Part shown: in pieces, positions 34,701 through 49,245 of the stretch
Numbering within the stretch: position 1 is the stretch's first letter
How the letters are laid out: the number at the start of each line of letters is the position of its first letter
Origin: Leucoraja erinacea
Taxonomy: Eukaryota
Assembly (NCBI RefSeq): GCF_028641065.1
Contig: NW_026576614.1
Coordinates: forward strand, 1-64,000
DNA length: 64,000 bases
Direction of reading: 5' to 3'
Notes under the pieces: generated by a model
Database searches by the model: none
Told to the model about the DNA's origin: nothing
What the model saw: only the letters and a program-made list of their open reading frames with translations
Position numbers and translations under genes: made by a program

Positions 34701-37700
34701 GGTAGTTGAGGCCAGTTCATTGGCCATATTTAAGAGGAAGTTAGATATGGCCCTTGTGGCTAAAGGGATCCGGGGTATGGAGAGAAGGCAGGTACAGGAT
34801 ACTCAGTTTGATGATCAGCCATGATCATATTGAATGGCGTGGCAGGCTCGAAGGGCCGAATGGCCTATTCCTGCACCTATTTTCTATGTTTCTATGTTTC
34901 TGAAAATCTAGGTGCACAATTTCTACAGCTTCCCTTCCGTGGGTCAAGATCGGCCCTTCACAAAACCATACTGATTTCGGCCTATTTTATCATGAACTTC
35001 TAAGTACTATATGACCTCATCCTTTATAATTGTCTGTAAAATCTTACCAACCACCGAAGTCAGGATAACCGGCCACTCGATTCTGCTCTTCTACTTTGCT
35101 CCCTTCTTGTATAGCGGGGTGATATTCGTGGTATTCCAATCTTCAGAAACCACTCCAAACTCTAGTGATTCTTTTAATATCACAACTAATGTTTCGCCAA
35201 TCTCTGAAGGCACCTCCTTCAGAACCCCGGTGCAATCCATCCAGTCCAGGAGACTTATCCACCCGGACTTTTCAATTGCGTTCCCACCAGTATCCCGTAT
35301 AAACGCTGTATAACATTTGTACGTGTTACTCGATTGCCCCATGCTTTATTACTTGTTTGTGGTATTTGTTAACCGCCTATTATCTACGTGTAAGTCACCT
35401 GGACTTTTCACCAACACATTTCAAACTCTCACGTTAAATAGTACTCGGAATTTATATATTTAATACCGGGCTGAGAGATGCACCAAACATGATTGCTGTA
35501 ATTTTTGACAAGGTATCTGTAGGTATAAACCGAGCGTTTTGTTTGCATTTCTTCGATTATGGCAGCATGGGACCCATACACAAATAAAAACATTTCTTCC
35601 ATCGAACGTGTCCAAAGACAGGCAGCTCGAATTGTTACTAACACCCATGAGAGAGAAGCGAGTGTCACCAAACTTCTGAATTCTCTGGGGTGGAACCCTC
35701 TCCATGACAGACAGACGTGAAGCTCACCGTTTGACCTGTTTTTACATAATGTTAAATGGTCAGCTCGACATAGACTACAAGACCTACACCAAACCCAAAC
35801 CAATTAGGAGCAGACGAGTGCATTCGACCCAATTTGTGATCCCAGCTACAAAGACAGATGTATACAGCAATTCGTTCTTCCCCCGCACAATTAAAGCATG
35901 GAATAATCTCCACCCATCTATAGTTACCCAACCAGATGCAACTAAATTTAAAGTAGCTCTTTCTTCCCAATAATCCTTTCTGGCTTAAGCCCTCCCTTCA
36001 TCACCTGCAGTTTAAATTCCATTTGGAATATTTTGGAGGACCAAGAAACCAAGAACCAAGAACCAAGATTAGAAATCGCAGCATTTCTCCCAACAGAAGT
36101 AAAACTAAATAGCCTGCAACACTCTTTCTCTCTCGTCATGTCTAAATTGCTCTCTCTCTCTCTCTCTCGCTCTCTGCCTTGCTCCTTATGTCTCCGTATT
36201 TCTTTGACCTCCCCCCCCCACCCTTCTCTCTTTCTCGCTCTCTCTCTCCCACATACATTTCTCGTCCCGACCTTTTCTTTCTCCCTCTCCCCTCTCTCTC
36301 CCTTCCCTCCCGCACCCCCCCCCCCCCCCTCTCTCTCTCTCTCTCCCTCTCTCTCTCTCTCTAGATTTATTAAATCGTCTGCCATTTTATTGAGCCCGTT
36401 CGTGTGTTATCAAGAAGTATAACCAAGGACCGTATTTCTAGGGGGCCTAAAACTAAGCGGAAGCTCAGAGGGGACCGTGCCTTTGCTGTGTCGGCACCCA
36501 AATTATGGAACGATCTGCCTGTCCACATTAAACAGGCCTCTTCTCTGTCTGTTTTTAAATCACTTCTTAAAACCCATCTCTTCTCCGTGGCCTTTGATAC
36601 CCAGTAAGATGTCGACTTTATTTACTTGATTTAATTTCTTTTTTGATTGCTTTATTGCGTGGTTATTATTTTTACTCATGTTTTATGTGTTTTAATTTAA
36701 TGTTGTATTTCATATGTAATTTTTGTGCTTTATGTGAGCTGTTATGTTATGTTCTGTTATGTTGTCTGTTTATGATGTCTTGTTTATTCTTCTGTACAGC
36801 ACTTTGGTCAACATTGGTTGTCTTAAAGTGCTTAACAAATAAAGTTGGATTGGATTGGATTGGATTTCTACATTCTTTGACACATAACCACCCATATGTC
36901 CCCTTTATTCCTGTTGTTAAACCCATAGAAGCCACGTGAATCCACAAAGCTCGCTCGCCACGGCAGACCTCGAAGATAGACACAAAACGCTGGAGTAACT
37001 CAGCGGGCCAGACAGCATCTCTGGAGAGAAGGAACGTATTCTAACCTCTCCCCCCTGACCGTACAGCACTCCGCTCTTATTTATATATATATTTAAAAAC
37101 TCTTTGAACCTGTTTATTTCCAACTCCCGCGTGACATCTACCGTCTCAACGTTTCCACTCCTCTTACCTACTCTAACCGCCCCCGCCCCCTCTGAACATA
37201 CAGCCCCCCGCTCTTATTTATATGTATTTGTTCTTTCGGACACAGACTGCACCCCGTCTCTCTGTATCACTCCAGCAATTCAAAGATGGTTTAACATAGA
37301 CTGTGTTGTGTCCAGTGACGTTTAGGCCCAATATGGAGACGTTTGGCTCCGAGTGCCACTTCTCACGGGTTCCCCGGATGAAAATATTTCTAGTGTGGAA
37401 CCTAATCATACAATGAACGTTACTAATGACATATAACCATATGACCATATAACAATTACAGCACGGAAACAGGCCATCTCGACCCTTCTAGTCCGTGCCG
37501 AACACATATTCTCCCCTAGTCCCATATACCTGCGCTCAGACCATAACCTTCCATTCCCTTCCCGTCCATATAACTATCCAATTTATTTTTAAATGATAAA
37601 AGCGAACCTGCCTCCACCACCCTCACTGGAAGCTCATTCCACACAGCCACCACTCTCTGAGTAAAGAAGTTCCCCCTCATGTTACCCCTAAACTTCAGTC

Positions 37701-40290
37701 CCTTAATTCTCAAGTCATGTCCCCTTGTTTGAATCTTCCTTACTTCCCTATACTTCCCTAGCATGCGTTATGTGGATACGTTTGTCCCTTTTTAGATGAT
37801 AGAGTCAAACAGCACGGAAACGCACCCCTCGGCCCAGCTTGTCCACACTGATCGATGTGCACCCACTACACTAATCCTACCTGCTTGCGTTTGGCCCATG
37901 TCGATCCAAACATTCCCTATCCATGTACCTGTCAAAATTTAGTAATACTTGTTATAGTTTCTGCCTCAACTAACGCCAACGGTAGCTCTTTTCATATACC
38001 CACCACACGCTGTGTGAAAAGGTTTCAGCGCGGAGTTCTATTAAGACGTTTCCCTGCCACCTTGAACCCGTCTTCTTAATTCTGCTCTAGGTATAATACT
38101 CTAGGTAAAATAAACTCTCCCCATAGATCAAGACTCAAGTCAGGGCAAAATCCTCGTAACCTTGCTGCACTCTTTCCATCTTAACATCGTCTTAGTATAG
38201 TGGGGCTACCAAAACTGCCAACAATACTCCAACTATGGTCTAACCAGTGCTGTGTACCGCTGCAAGGTAACATCCCAACTTCTATATCTAATAAAGAATG
38301 AATGATGAGGCCAATGTGTCCAAAACATACTTGACCATCTCATCTAGATGTGTCGCCACTTTCATGGAACTGTGTACCTTCACTCCTAAATGTCTGTGTT
38401 CTACAACAAAGCAGTACCATTTAATGCGCCGGTCCTGCTAAAACAGCAGCACCTCACATTTATATGCATTAAACTACATTAACCATTTCGCAACCTACTT
38501 AAACAACAGTTAAATGGTTTCTGCCTCAACTAACTCTTCCAGTTAAGTATCGGGAGCACCGCATCCGTTGTCCTCAGCCCACGGACGCACAGTGTCGCAG
38601 TGGTGGAGTTGCTGCCGGAGTCCCGGGTTCGATCCCGACTACGGGTGCTGTCTGTACGGAGTTTGTACGTTCTCCCCGTGACCTGCATTGGTTTTCTCCG
38701 AGAACTTCGGTATCCTCCCACACTCCAAAGACGTACATGTGTGTAGGTTAATTGGCTTGGTACATGTAAAAATTGCCCCTAGTGGGTGTAGGATAGTGTT
38801 AATATGCGGTGATCGCTGGTCGGCGCGGACCCGATGGGCCGAAGGGCTTGTTTCTGCGCTATATCTCTAAACTGAACGAATCTAAACTGATCAAGATATA
38901 TAATAAAAAGGGGTATATGGCGACAGCTCGAGTACGGGTTGTTCTGAGAGCCAGTCGTCTATTCTGAGAAAAGCCGTTACACTTGGACAACTGTGTTTCG
39001 GTTTTCACCGTGACTCACCAACACCCTTCACCCCTTCACCATCTCTATACCGATGGATGGACAGTGCGATCATCATGAGTGAAGTTTCCTCCAGTTAATT
39101 ATCGGGAGCACAGCACCCATTGTCCTCAGTCCAACACAGTACCCCACCCCGACCCAGACCCAGGAATTGAGGCAGAAATGAGGCAGAATTAAGGGACAGA
39201 AGTTTAGGGGTAACATGAGGGGGAACCTCTTTACTCAGAGAATGGTAGCGGTGTGGAATGAGCTTCCATTGGAAGTGGTGGAGGCAGGTTCGTTGGTATC
39301 ATTTAAAAATAAATTGGATAGGCATATGGATGAGAAGGGAATGGAGGGTTATGGTATGAGTGCAGGCAGGTGGGACTAAGGAAAAAAAAGTTGTTCGGCA
39401 CGGACTTGTAGGCCGAGATGGCCTGTTTCCGTGCTGTAATTGTTATATGGTTATATGGTTATAACCTCCCTCCTGCAGCCCCACAAGCACCAACACCTCC
39501 GCTTCGCCTCATTCACAAATATTGGTTCACAAATGTAACCGCGGCCGCCATGAACGTTCCTTCCTTCGCTGAGATAGTCGTGAGCTCTAGAGGTTTCTTA
39601 ACCTCTGCACCTCCCTGTGTTCCAGTGATATACTCTTTGAGACCACATTTCGACCGGAGCGTTTGGTAATGTGTTCGGGTGCCTTCCTGTGTGTCCGGGC
39701 ACCAGCATTTCCCGATAACAACAAAGCAGCTTGGGTCGTCTTGATTGATTAAATAATCTCTCTTAACCTATGGTACACAAAAATACTGGAGAAACTCAGC
39801 GGGTGCAGCAGCATCTATGGAGCGAAGGAAATAGGCGACGTTTCGGGCCGAAACCCTTCTTCATAGGGTTAACCTATTGCAGTTTAGGGTATGTTAGCTT
39901 GTTCTACAGACTCTATGTTCTCTAGTGCCTCGGTGTCGGAGTTGGCAAATATGCATAGGAATGTACAAGTCAGATTGCAGATGCCACAAAATAGCTGGTA
40001 ATGCAGACATTGAGGGGTTATCAGGGGTTAAAACAGGATCTTGATCAGCTTGACAAGTCCTCTGAACAACTTCAAATGGAATGCAATGCAGATAACTGCA
40101 ATGCCTTGCGATTTGGGAAGACAATCTAGGACAGGGTCATCACAATGAAGGCCCGGGGGTGGGGGGAGGGGGGGAGGAGGAGGGCGGTGCAGAGCACAGA
40201 GATCATGAGTACAGGTACACAATTCCTTAAAGGTGGCGTCACCGGTAAATAGGAAGTGTTGTAGAGCAGAGGGATTAAGTGTACAGGAAC

Positions 40291-41497
40291 ATATAACCAT
40301 GTAACCATATAACCATATAACAATTACAGCACGGAAACAGGCCATCTCGACCCTTCTAGTCCGTGCCGAACACGTATTCTCCCCTAGTCCCATATACCTG
40401 AGCTCAGACCATAACCCTCCATTCCTTTCTCGTCCATATAACTATCCAATTTATTTTTAAATGATAAAAACGAACCTGCCTCCACCACCTTCACTGGAAG
40501 CTCATTCCACACAGCCTCCACTCTCTGAGTAAAGAAGTTCCCCTCATGTTACCCCTAAACTTCGGCCCCTTAATTCTCGTCATGTCCCCTTGTTTGCATC
40601 TTCCCTCCTCTCAGTGGGAAAAGCTTATCCACGTCAACTCTGTCTATCCCTCTCATCATTTTAAAGACCTCTATCAAGTCCCCCCTTAACCTTCTGCGCT
40701 CCAAAGAATAAAGCCCTAACTTGTTCAACCTTTCTCTGTAACTTAGTTGCTGAAAACCAGGCAACATTCTAGTAAATCTCCTCTGTACTCTCTCTATTTT
40801 GTTGACATCCTTCCTATAATTAGGCGACCAAAATTGTACCCCATACTCCCAGAATTGGCCTCACCAATGCCTTATACAATTTTAACATTACATCCCAACT
40901 TCTATACTCAATGCTCTGATTTATAAAGGCCAGCACACCAAAAGCTTTCTTTACCACCCTATCTACATGAGATTCCACTTTCAGGGAACTGTGCACATTT
41001 TATTCCCAGATCCCTCTGTTCACCTGCATTCTTCAATTCCCTACCATTTACCATGTACGTCCTATTTTGATTTGTCCTGCCAAGATGTAGCACCTCACAC
41101 TTATCAGCATTAAACTCCATCTGCCATCTTTCAGTCCACTCTTCCAACTGGCATAAATCTCTCTGTAGACTTTGAAAATCTACTTCATTATCCACAACCC
41201 CTCCTATCTTAGTATCATCTGCATACTTACTAATCCAATTTACCACACCATCATCCAGATCATTGATGTACATGACAAACAACAGTGGACCCAACACAGA
41301 TCCCTGTGGCACCCCACTAGTCACTGGCCTCCAACCTGACAAACAACCATCCACCATTACTCTCTGGCATCTCCCATTCAGCCACTGTTGAATCCATCTT
41401 GCTACTCCACCATTAATACCCAACCATTGAACCTTCTTAACCAACCTTCCATGAGGAACCTTGTCAAAGGCCTTACTGAAGTCCATATATACAACAT
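40291..41497 (-). mobile_element. CR1 LINE (ATATGGTT tail) nested in an older plus-strand CR1 (~39960-41920)
   Basis: ORF 40959-41519 YMDFSKAFD, PQGSVLGP, YADD. Confidence 0.9.
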
Positions 41498-42528
41498 AGT
41501 TCCATAAAAGTGTCGTCACAGGTAGACTGGGTGGTCAAGAAAGCTTTCAGAACATTGTCCTGCATCAGTCAAGTATAGACGTTAGTATCTGACAGTTGCA
41601 GGGCACGTTGATGAGGCCGCAATAGGTGTGTCGTGTTCAGATTTGGTCACTCTAATGTAGGAAACATGTTAATTAGCTGAGGGGAAAGTGCATAGAGAGG
41701 CACAAGGGGGTTGCAAGAACGGGAGTGCCTGAGTTACAGGGAGAGGTTGAGCAGGTTAGGACCTAATTCCTTGGAACACAAAAGGCTGAGGGGTGACCCT
41801 ATAGAGAGTTATAAAATCATGAGGCGGATAGATACTGTGAATGCAGTCTTTATTCCGGGGTAGGAAAATGAAGTATTAGAGAGCATAGGTTTTTGTGAAG
41901 GATTACATTTAGGTGGAACCTGATTGACTTGAAATCGATAACTCGGTTCAATTATGAACTGGAACATGTTTCTCTCCATCAGTTTCATTGCGTCCAGTCA
42001 CCACCACGTTGCCGACGGTTCATGGGCCGTTTGTGCGGCGCTGATGCAGCTGCGCTCTCGTCATTTCCCCACGGGGACCCGGCCGGTGTTGGCGCGGTCT
42101 TTATTTAGCTGCCGTTATACAAATCGATGCTGCTTTTGGTTGTTTGTGAAGAGGTGCAGGTGTCGCGGTCGCTGGGACTCTACGAGGGAGGAGGGAGACG
42201 TGGGGGAGCATTTTCAAAAATGATTTAACATTAAGAAACTGCAATCTCCGGAAGACAATGAACCTTAAATGGAATCTTTCAAAAAGATTTTCATAAATTG
42301 CAGTTCATTGCTCTTTGAAGCGATGAACTTCAATATTTTAATTGTTAGTAAGTTGATTTGATAATAATTGCGAAAGAGCTCGCTGCGGGAGAGAGAAATC
42401 GCCGAGATTTCCAGCTGTGATAAATATATAATATTCGGGAGGAGCGGGGATTGGGATCAACAGCAGGGAAATATTAGGATATCATAACGACCCGGGGCGT
42501 CAGGGGCCCGTGGCCTCTACCCACGGAT

Positions 42529-44853
42529 ACATAGAAACATAGAAAATAGGTGCAGGAGTAGGCCATTCGGCCCTTCGAGCCTGCACCGCCATTCAATATG
42601 ATCATGGCTGATCATCCAACTCAGTATCCTGTACCTGCCTTCTCTCCATACCCCCTGATCCCTTTAGCCACACGGGCCACATCTAACTCCCTCTTAAATA
42701 TAGCCAATGAACTGGCCTCAACTACATTCTGTGGCAGAGAATTTCAGACTCACTGATGGACATAACGATGACCCAAGGAATTCAGTCAATGCTTCATTCC
42801 AGGACACTTCAGAGAAGGGCAACAATGGGCCTGTTCCTTTACTTGCTACAACCACGGGTGACTGTCTCCACGTCGCTGGCTTGCATAATCCCCAGGCACC
42901 TGAATTCCTCAGTGCAGAAGCATCGGTGGAATTTGTACTGCCACAGCCGCTCACCGTGCTGGTCCAGAGACTGCGGTCAATGTCAGATTGTTGTCAAACA
43001 TTACAACAGGCTCTTGATCCGCTGGACTAGTGGGCTGAGGAATGGCGAATGCAGATTGACTCCTTTATAAAGGACTAAAATGTTACCAACTATTGCAGTC
43101 AGACTAATCTTCCTATAATTCCCACTATTCTGCTTTGCTCCCTTGTTGTGCAGCGGGGTAATATTGGCAATTTCCCAATCATCTGAGACCTCTCCTGTCT
43201 CTAGAGATTCTTGAAATATCACTGTCAATGTTTCCACAATAAAGCCACGTATTTCAGGACCCTAGGGAGCAGTCCATCAGGTCCAGGTGACCTATCCACC
43301 TTCAGCCCTTTCAGCTTCCCAAGTACCTTCTTCTTAGTAATAGCCGCTCCACAAACTTCAACACCTGACTCTCTTGAATTTCAGGCACGTTGCTGGTGTC
43401 TTCCACTGTGAAGACGGCAGCAAAAAAGTTGCCATTTCTTTATTCCCCATTATCACGTCTCCTGTATAATTTTCCAGCGGCCCAACGTCCACACTTGCCT
43501 CTTTCTTACTCTTTATATAACTGAAGAAACTCTTGCTATCCTCTTTTATATTATTGGTTAGCTTACTTTCGTATTTCACCTTTTCTCCCGTATTGCCTTT
43601 TTAATTACCTTCTGTTGTTCTTTAAAAGCTTCCCAATCATTTGGTTTCCTATTTGCTATATGCCTTCTCTTTTTGTTTGATACTGTCCTTGACTTCCCTT
43701 CTCAGCCATGATCGCCTCTTTCTCCCCCTGAATCTTTCTTCCTCTCTTGAATAAAAAGATCCTGCATCTTTCGGATTATTCCCAGAAATTCCTGCCATTG
43801 CTGTTCCACCGTCACCCTTGCTAGAGTCTCTTTCCAGTCAACTTTTGCCAGCTCCTCCTCGTGCCGCTGTAGTCCCCTTTGCTCAGCTACAATACCGACA
43901 TATCCGATGTCACCTTCTCCCTCTCAAATTGCAGGTTAGAACTTGTCATGTTGTGATCACTACCTCCTAATGTTCCCTTTACATTGAGTATCAAATCGGA
44001 GGGCCCTGAGCAGTGTTGCAGAGCAGAGGCATCTTGGAGTGCAGGTCCCGGTGCGTTCGACAGAGGTGAGAAGAGAGGGGATAGAAACATAGAAACATAG
44101 AAATTAGGTGCAGGAGTAGAGGCCATTCGGCCCTTCGAGCCTGCACCGCCATTCAATATGATCATGGCTGATCATCCAATTCAGTATCCCGTACCTGCCT
44201 TCTCTCCATACCCTCTGATCCCCTTAGCCACGAGGGCCACATCTAACTCCCTCTTAAATATAGCCAATGAACTGGCATCGACTACCCTCTGCGGCAGAGA
44301 GTTCCAGAGATTCACCACTCTCTGTGTGAAAAAAGTTCTTCTCATCTCGGTTTTAAAGGATTTCCCCCTGATCCTTAAGCTGTGACCCCTTGTCCTGGAC
44401 TTCCCCAACATTGGGAGCAATCTTCCTGCATCTAGCCTGTCCAACCCTTTAAGAATTTTGTAAGTTTCTATACGATCCCCTCTCAATCTCCGAAATTCTA
44501 GAGAGTATAAACCAAGTCTATCCAGTCTTTCTTCATAAGACAGTCCTGACATCCCAGGAATCAGTCTGGTGAACCTTCTCTGTACTCCCTCTATGGCAAG
44601 AATGTCCTTCCTCAGGTAGGAGACCAAAACTGTACGCAATACTCCAGGTGTGGTCTCACCAAGACCCTGTACAACTGCAGTAGAACCTCCCTGCTCCTAT
44701 ACTCAAATCCTTTTGCTATGAAAGCTAACATACCATTCACTTTCTTCACTGCCTGCTGCACCTGCATGCCTACTTTCAATGACTGGTGTACCATGACACC
44801 CAGGTCTCGCTGCATCTCCCTTTTCCTAGTCGGCCACCATTTAGATAATAGTC
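42529..44853 (-). mobile_element. Cluster of CR1 fragments (42529-42745, 43070-43995, 44082-44853)
   Basis: CATAGAAA tails at 42529 and 44082; ORFs 43001-43579 and 44181-44815. Confidence 0.85.
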
Positions 44854-45292
44854 TGGTAGCCGGGGGTCAAACATGGGTCCGGCCGCAGCCGTCCCGGGAT
44901 GGAAGTGTGGGTCTGGTTCTCATCTCATGCCTGTGGATGCAACTGCAGCTAAAGTGACAAGTTTAGGTTTATAGTTGTCACGTGTACCAGCGTAGAGTGA
45001 AATTCTTTATTTTGCATACAATTCAGTTAAATCACACTATACATAATCACAATAATTAATAAGCATAGCAGTGCGTTGGTGCCAATGTGAGATTACTGGA
45101 CTTCAATGAGACAGTACACAGATTTGCAAAGCAGACCAGGCAGCATCTCTGGAGAACGTGGGGAGGAGACAGCGGGAGCCATCTTCGCACTGATTCAGTC
45201 TGCTGAGTCACTCCAGCGTTTTGTGTCGTTGGCCCTTAAAACTAGGCGTCAATGCAACTGGTCATCATCAGCGAGCCCTTCTTGGCGTGGCT

Positions 45293-46770
45293 GGTATCCC
45301 TTTAGCCACAAGGGCCACATCTAACTCCCTCTTAAATATAGCCAATGAACTGGCCTCAACTACCTTCTGTGGCAGAGAATTCCAGAGATTCACCACTCGC
45401 TGTGTGAAAAATGTTTTCCTCATCTCGGTCCTAAAAGATTTCCCCCTTATCCTTAAACTGTGACCCCTTGTTCTGGACTTCCCCAACATCTGGAACAATC
45501 TTCCTGCGTCTAGCCTGTCCAACCCCTTAAGAATTTTGTAAGTTTCTATAAGATCCCCCCTCATGTTGTAGTGCTGGCCGACAACGCTTTGTTCAGGCTG
45601 CTGCCAACGCCAAGACGCCTTCTGACACCGTGGGACTGACCTGTTGCCGCCTCCAAAGTGGCGTATGTTGGTGACTGTGGGGGGAAATAATGAGTATCTG
45701 GTGGGGGTGGGGGAGAGGCCAAGTGGACAGTGCCGGTCGAGACGGGGGAGCGGATATAAGAAGCAGCAGCAGGTGAGGGCCCCATAGTGGCTGTCAGCGT
45801 CGGTTGCCCAAAGAAAGAATTACAACGTGTACAACAATTCCCAACAACAGATGCGTCACTCAGACCTTGCTGTAGGTGAAGAAGTGCTCGCTAGTGCACC
45901 TTGCAAGTTAGAGGTGGGGTTGGATGCCGGGGCTCTGAACGTCTGGTGAGATGGTACGAGCCTGCATGTCGTCAGCAGGTCCGTCCGCTGTATCTGAAAT
46001 CCATTATAACGGGCTACATTAAAACGAGGGTTTGCAGTACTCGGCTGGTCGGGAAGCATCTCCTGGGGAGCAAGTAAACCTTCTCTGTACTCCCTCTATG
46101 GCAAGAATGTCTTTCCTCAGATTAGGAGACCAAAACTGTACGCAATACTACAGGTGTGGTCTCACCAAGACCCTGTACAACTGCAGTAGAACCTCCCTGC
46201 TCCTATACTCAAATCCTTTTGCTATGAATGCTAACATACCATTCGCTTTCTTCACTGCCTGCTGCACCTGCATGCCTACTTTTAATGACTGGTGTACCAT
46301 GACACCCAGGTCTCGTTGCATCTCCCCCTTTCCTAATCGGCCACCATTCAGATAATAGTCTACTTTCCTGTTTTTGCCACCAAAGTGGATAACCTAACAT
46401 TTACCCACATTATACTGCATCTGCCATGCATTTGCCCACTCACCCAGCCTATCCAAGTCACCTTGCAGCCTCCTAGCAAATTCCACACAGCTAACACCCC
46501 CCCCCCCCCCCCCCCCCCCCCCCCCAGCTTTATGTCATCCGCAAATTTGGAGATGTTGCATTCAATTCCCTCGTCCAAATCATTAATATATATCGTAAAT
46601 AGCTGGGGTCCCAGCACTGAGTCTTGCGGTACCCCACTAGTCTCTGCCTGCCATTGTGAAAATGACCCGTTTACTCCTACTCTTTGCTTCCTGTCTGCCA
46701 GCCAGTTTTCTATCCACATCAATACTGAACCCCCAATACCGTGTGCTTTAAGTTTGTATACTAATCTCTT
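45293..46770 (-). mobile_element. CR1 LINE interrupted by ~510 nt of unrelated sequence (45563-46073)
   Basis: ORFs 45268-45564 and 46360-46722. Confidence 0.85.
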
Positions 46771-47426
46771 AAGTAATCTCTTATCTAATCTTCATAGGCT
46801 TCTCGTGTGGTCAGACTGAAGGGACCCAACCCGAAACATCATGTCCTCCAGAGATGCTACATGAAACGTTGAGTTACTCCAGCACTTTGTGTTTTACCCA
46901 TGATTTCAGCACCTGCGCTTTCTTGTGTCTCTGGATCTGCAAGCTGATTAATGAAGTCTTGTGGGCCTCATTGGTCACCAACTGTGGACATTGAAGCCTT
47001 CTCTTCCTGCTCGCTGGGCAATGAACAGAGTGTGTGTTAATGCTTTGCTCTGCCAGTTCCCTCACTCAGTTTTAGCATTCTCAACCTCAGGTTCAAATCT
47101 CTCCTCGGCCCTCACTCCCTCTCTTTCTCTGGAACCTCTTCCAGTCCTGCAACCCTCTGAAACCTTTGCTCTTCTGCATCTGTGTTCCCAATATAAATCT
47201 TCATATCTCTGCACTCTCCAACCACCCACAGTGGTTTGGCTGCCTTGACTCTCAGCTCTAATCTTGCGCCACTGAACCTCCAATGCCCCTTTCGCATCAT
47301 TATGTAATTTTGCTCCTAATCTCACCCAGTTAGTCTGGTTCAGTAAAACACTAAGCTCTGGATCAACTAACTTATTTATTTCTCAAACACGAACACACAT
47401 CCTATACATACCTAACCAACACCGTG

Positions 47427-47885
47427 TGTGTGTGGAGCGAGGGGGGAGGGTGAGAGGGGGGTTGAGGGCGAGAGGGTGGGAGGGTGGGAGAGTGGGGGGA
47501 GGGAGGGAGAGGGGGGAGTGCGAGAGGGGTGGAGGGGGAGAGAGGGGGGGAAGGCTCCAGGGGGAGGGGGACAAGGGAGAGGAGGGGAGGGCTGAGAGGG
47601 GGGGGGAGAGAGGGAGGAGAGGGGAGAGGGAGAGAGGGAGGGGAGAGGAGGGGGAGGGGGGGGGAGACACTCCCTGGAGAGAGAGGGGGGAGGGAGGGAG
47701 GGGAGAGGGGGGGAGTGGGACAGAGAGAGGGGGAGAGAGGGAGGAGGGAGAGGGAGAGGGAGAGAGATGGAGGAGTAGGAGGAGGAGGGAGAGGGAGGGG
47801 AGGGGAGGGGGAGAGGGAGGGATCGACAGAGGGGGGAGTGGGGGGAGAGGAGAGGGAGAGGGGGAGGAGAGGGAGAGAGAGAGAG
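47427..47885. repeat. G/A-rich polypurine low-complexity tract
   Basis: Almost pure G and A on the + strand. Confidence 0.95.
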
Positions 47886-48062
47886 TTTTGTCACGTTACA
47901 AAACCACAAACGTAAATGTATTTTATTGGGATTTTATGCGATAGACCAACACATAGTGGTGCATAATTGTGAAGTGGAAGGGAAATGATACATGGTTTTC
48001 AAATGTTTTTACAAATAAAAAACTGAAAAGTGTGGCGTGCAAAAGTATTCAGCCCTCCTGAG

Positions 48063-49083
48063 TCAATACTTTGTAGAACCACCTTTCGCTGCAATTACAG
48101 CTGCAAGTCTTTTGGGGTATGTCTCTACCGGCTTTGCACATCTAGAGACTGAAATTTTTGCCCATTCTTCTTTGCAAAATAGCTCAAGCTCAGTCAGATT
48201 GGATGGAGAGCGTCTGTGAACAGCAATTTTCAAGTCTTGCCAGAGATTTTCAATTGGATTTAGGTCTGGACTTTGACTGGGCCATTCTAACACATGAATA
48301 TGCTTTGATCTAAACCATTCCATTGTAGCTCTGGCTGTATGTTTAGGGTCGATGTCCTGCTGGAAGGTGACCCTTCACCCCAGTCTCAAGTCTTTTGCAG
48401 ACTCTAACAGGTTTGCTTCCAAGATTGCCCTGTATTTGGCTCCATCCATCTTCCCATCAACTCTGACCAGCTTCCCTGTCCCTGCTGAAGAAAAGCATCC
48501 TCACAGCATGATGCTGCCACCACCATGTTTCACAGTGGGGATGGTGTGTTCAGGGTGATGTGCAGTGTTAGTTTTCCGCCACACATAGCGTTTTGCATTT
48601 AGGCCAAAAACTTCAATTTTGGTCTCATCTGACCTGAGCACCTTCCTCCACATGTTTGCTGTGTCCCCCACATGGCTTGTGGCAAACTGCAAACGGGACT
48701 TCTTATAGCTTTTTTTCAACAATGGCTTTCTTCTTGCCACTCTTCCATAAAGGCCCGATTTGTGGAGTGCACGACTAATAGTGGTCCTGTGGACAGATTC
48801 TCCCACCTGAGCTGTGAATCTCTGCAGCTCCTCCAGAGTTACCATGGGCCTCTTGGCTGCTTCTCTGATCAATGCTCTCCATGCCCGGCCTGTCAGTTTA
48901 GGTGGACGGCCATGTCTTGGTAGGTTTGCAGTTGTGCCATACTCTTTCCATTTTCGGATGATGGATTGAACAGTGCTCCGTGAGATGTTCAAAGCTTGGG
49001 ATATTTTTTTTATAACCTAACCCTGCTTTAAACTTCTCCACAACTTTATCCCCGACCTGTCTGGTGTGTTCCTTGGATTTCAT
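48063..49083 (-). pseudogene. Tc1 DD34E transposase pseudogene
   Basis: [46 protein letters not shown]; frameshift in the T run near 49005 and TGG>TGA at 48501. Confidence 0.92.
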
Positions 49084-49245
49084 GATGCTGTTTGTTCACT
49101 AATTTTCTCTAACAAACCTCTGAGGCCTCTTCTTCTTCTTCTATATAGTGTTTTTTTGCGGTTGGCAAACAACTTTTTTGGTGCATTACCGTCACCAAAT
49201 GGCATGGAGTGTGGATCAAACAACACCATTACATACACTAATATC

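Larger units (their letters stand above)
18648..39650. repeat. Tandem segmental duplication unit 2
   Basis: Same order of gene, SINEs, CR1, L2 and microsatellites as unit 1; homology stops sharply after GAGACCACATTT at 39650. Confidence 0.9.

Noticed and set aside
41930-42528. Unique CpG-containing stretch that could be an exon or regulatory element
   Set aside because: No convincing ORF, splice pair or recognisable homology
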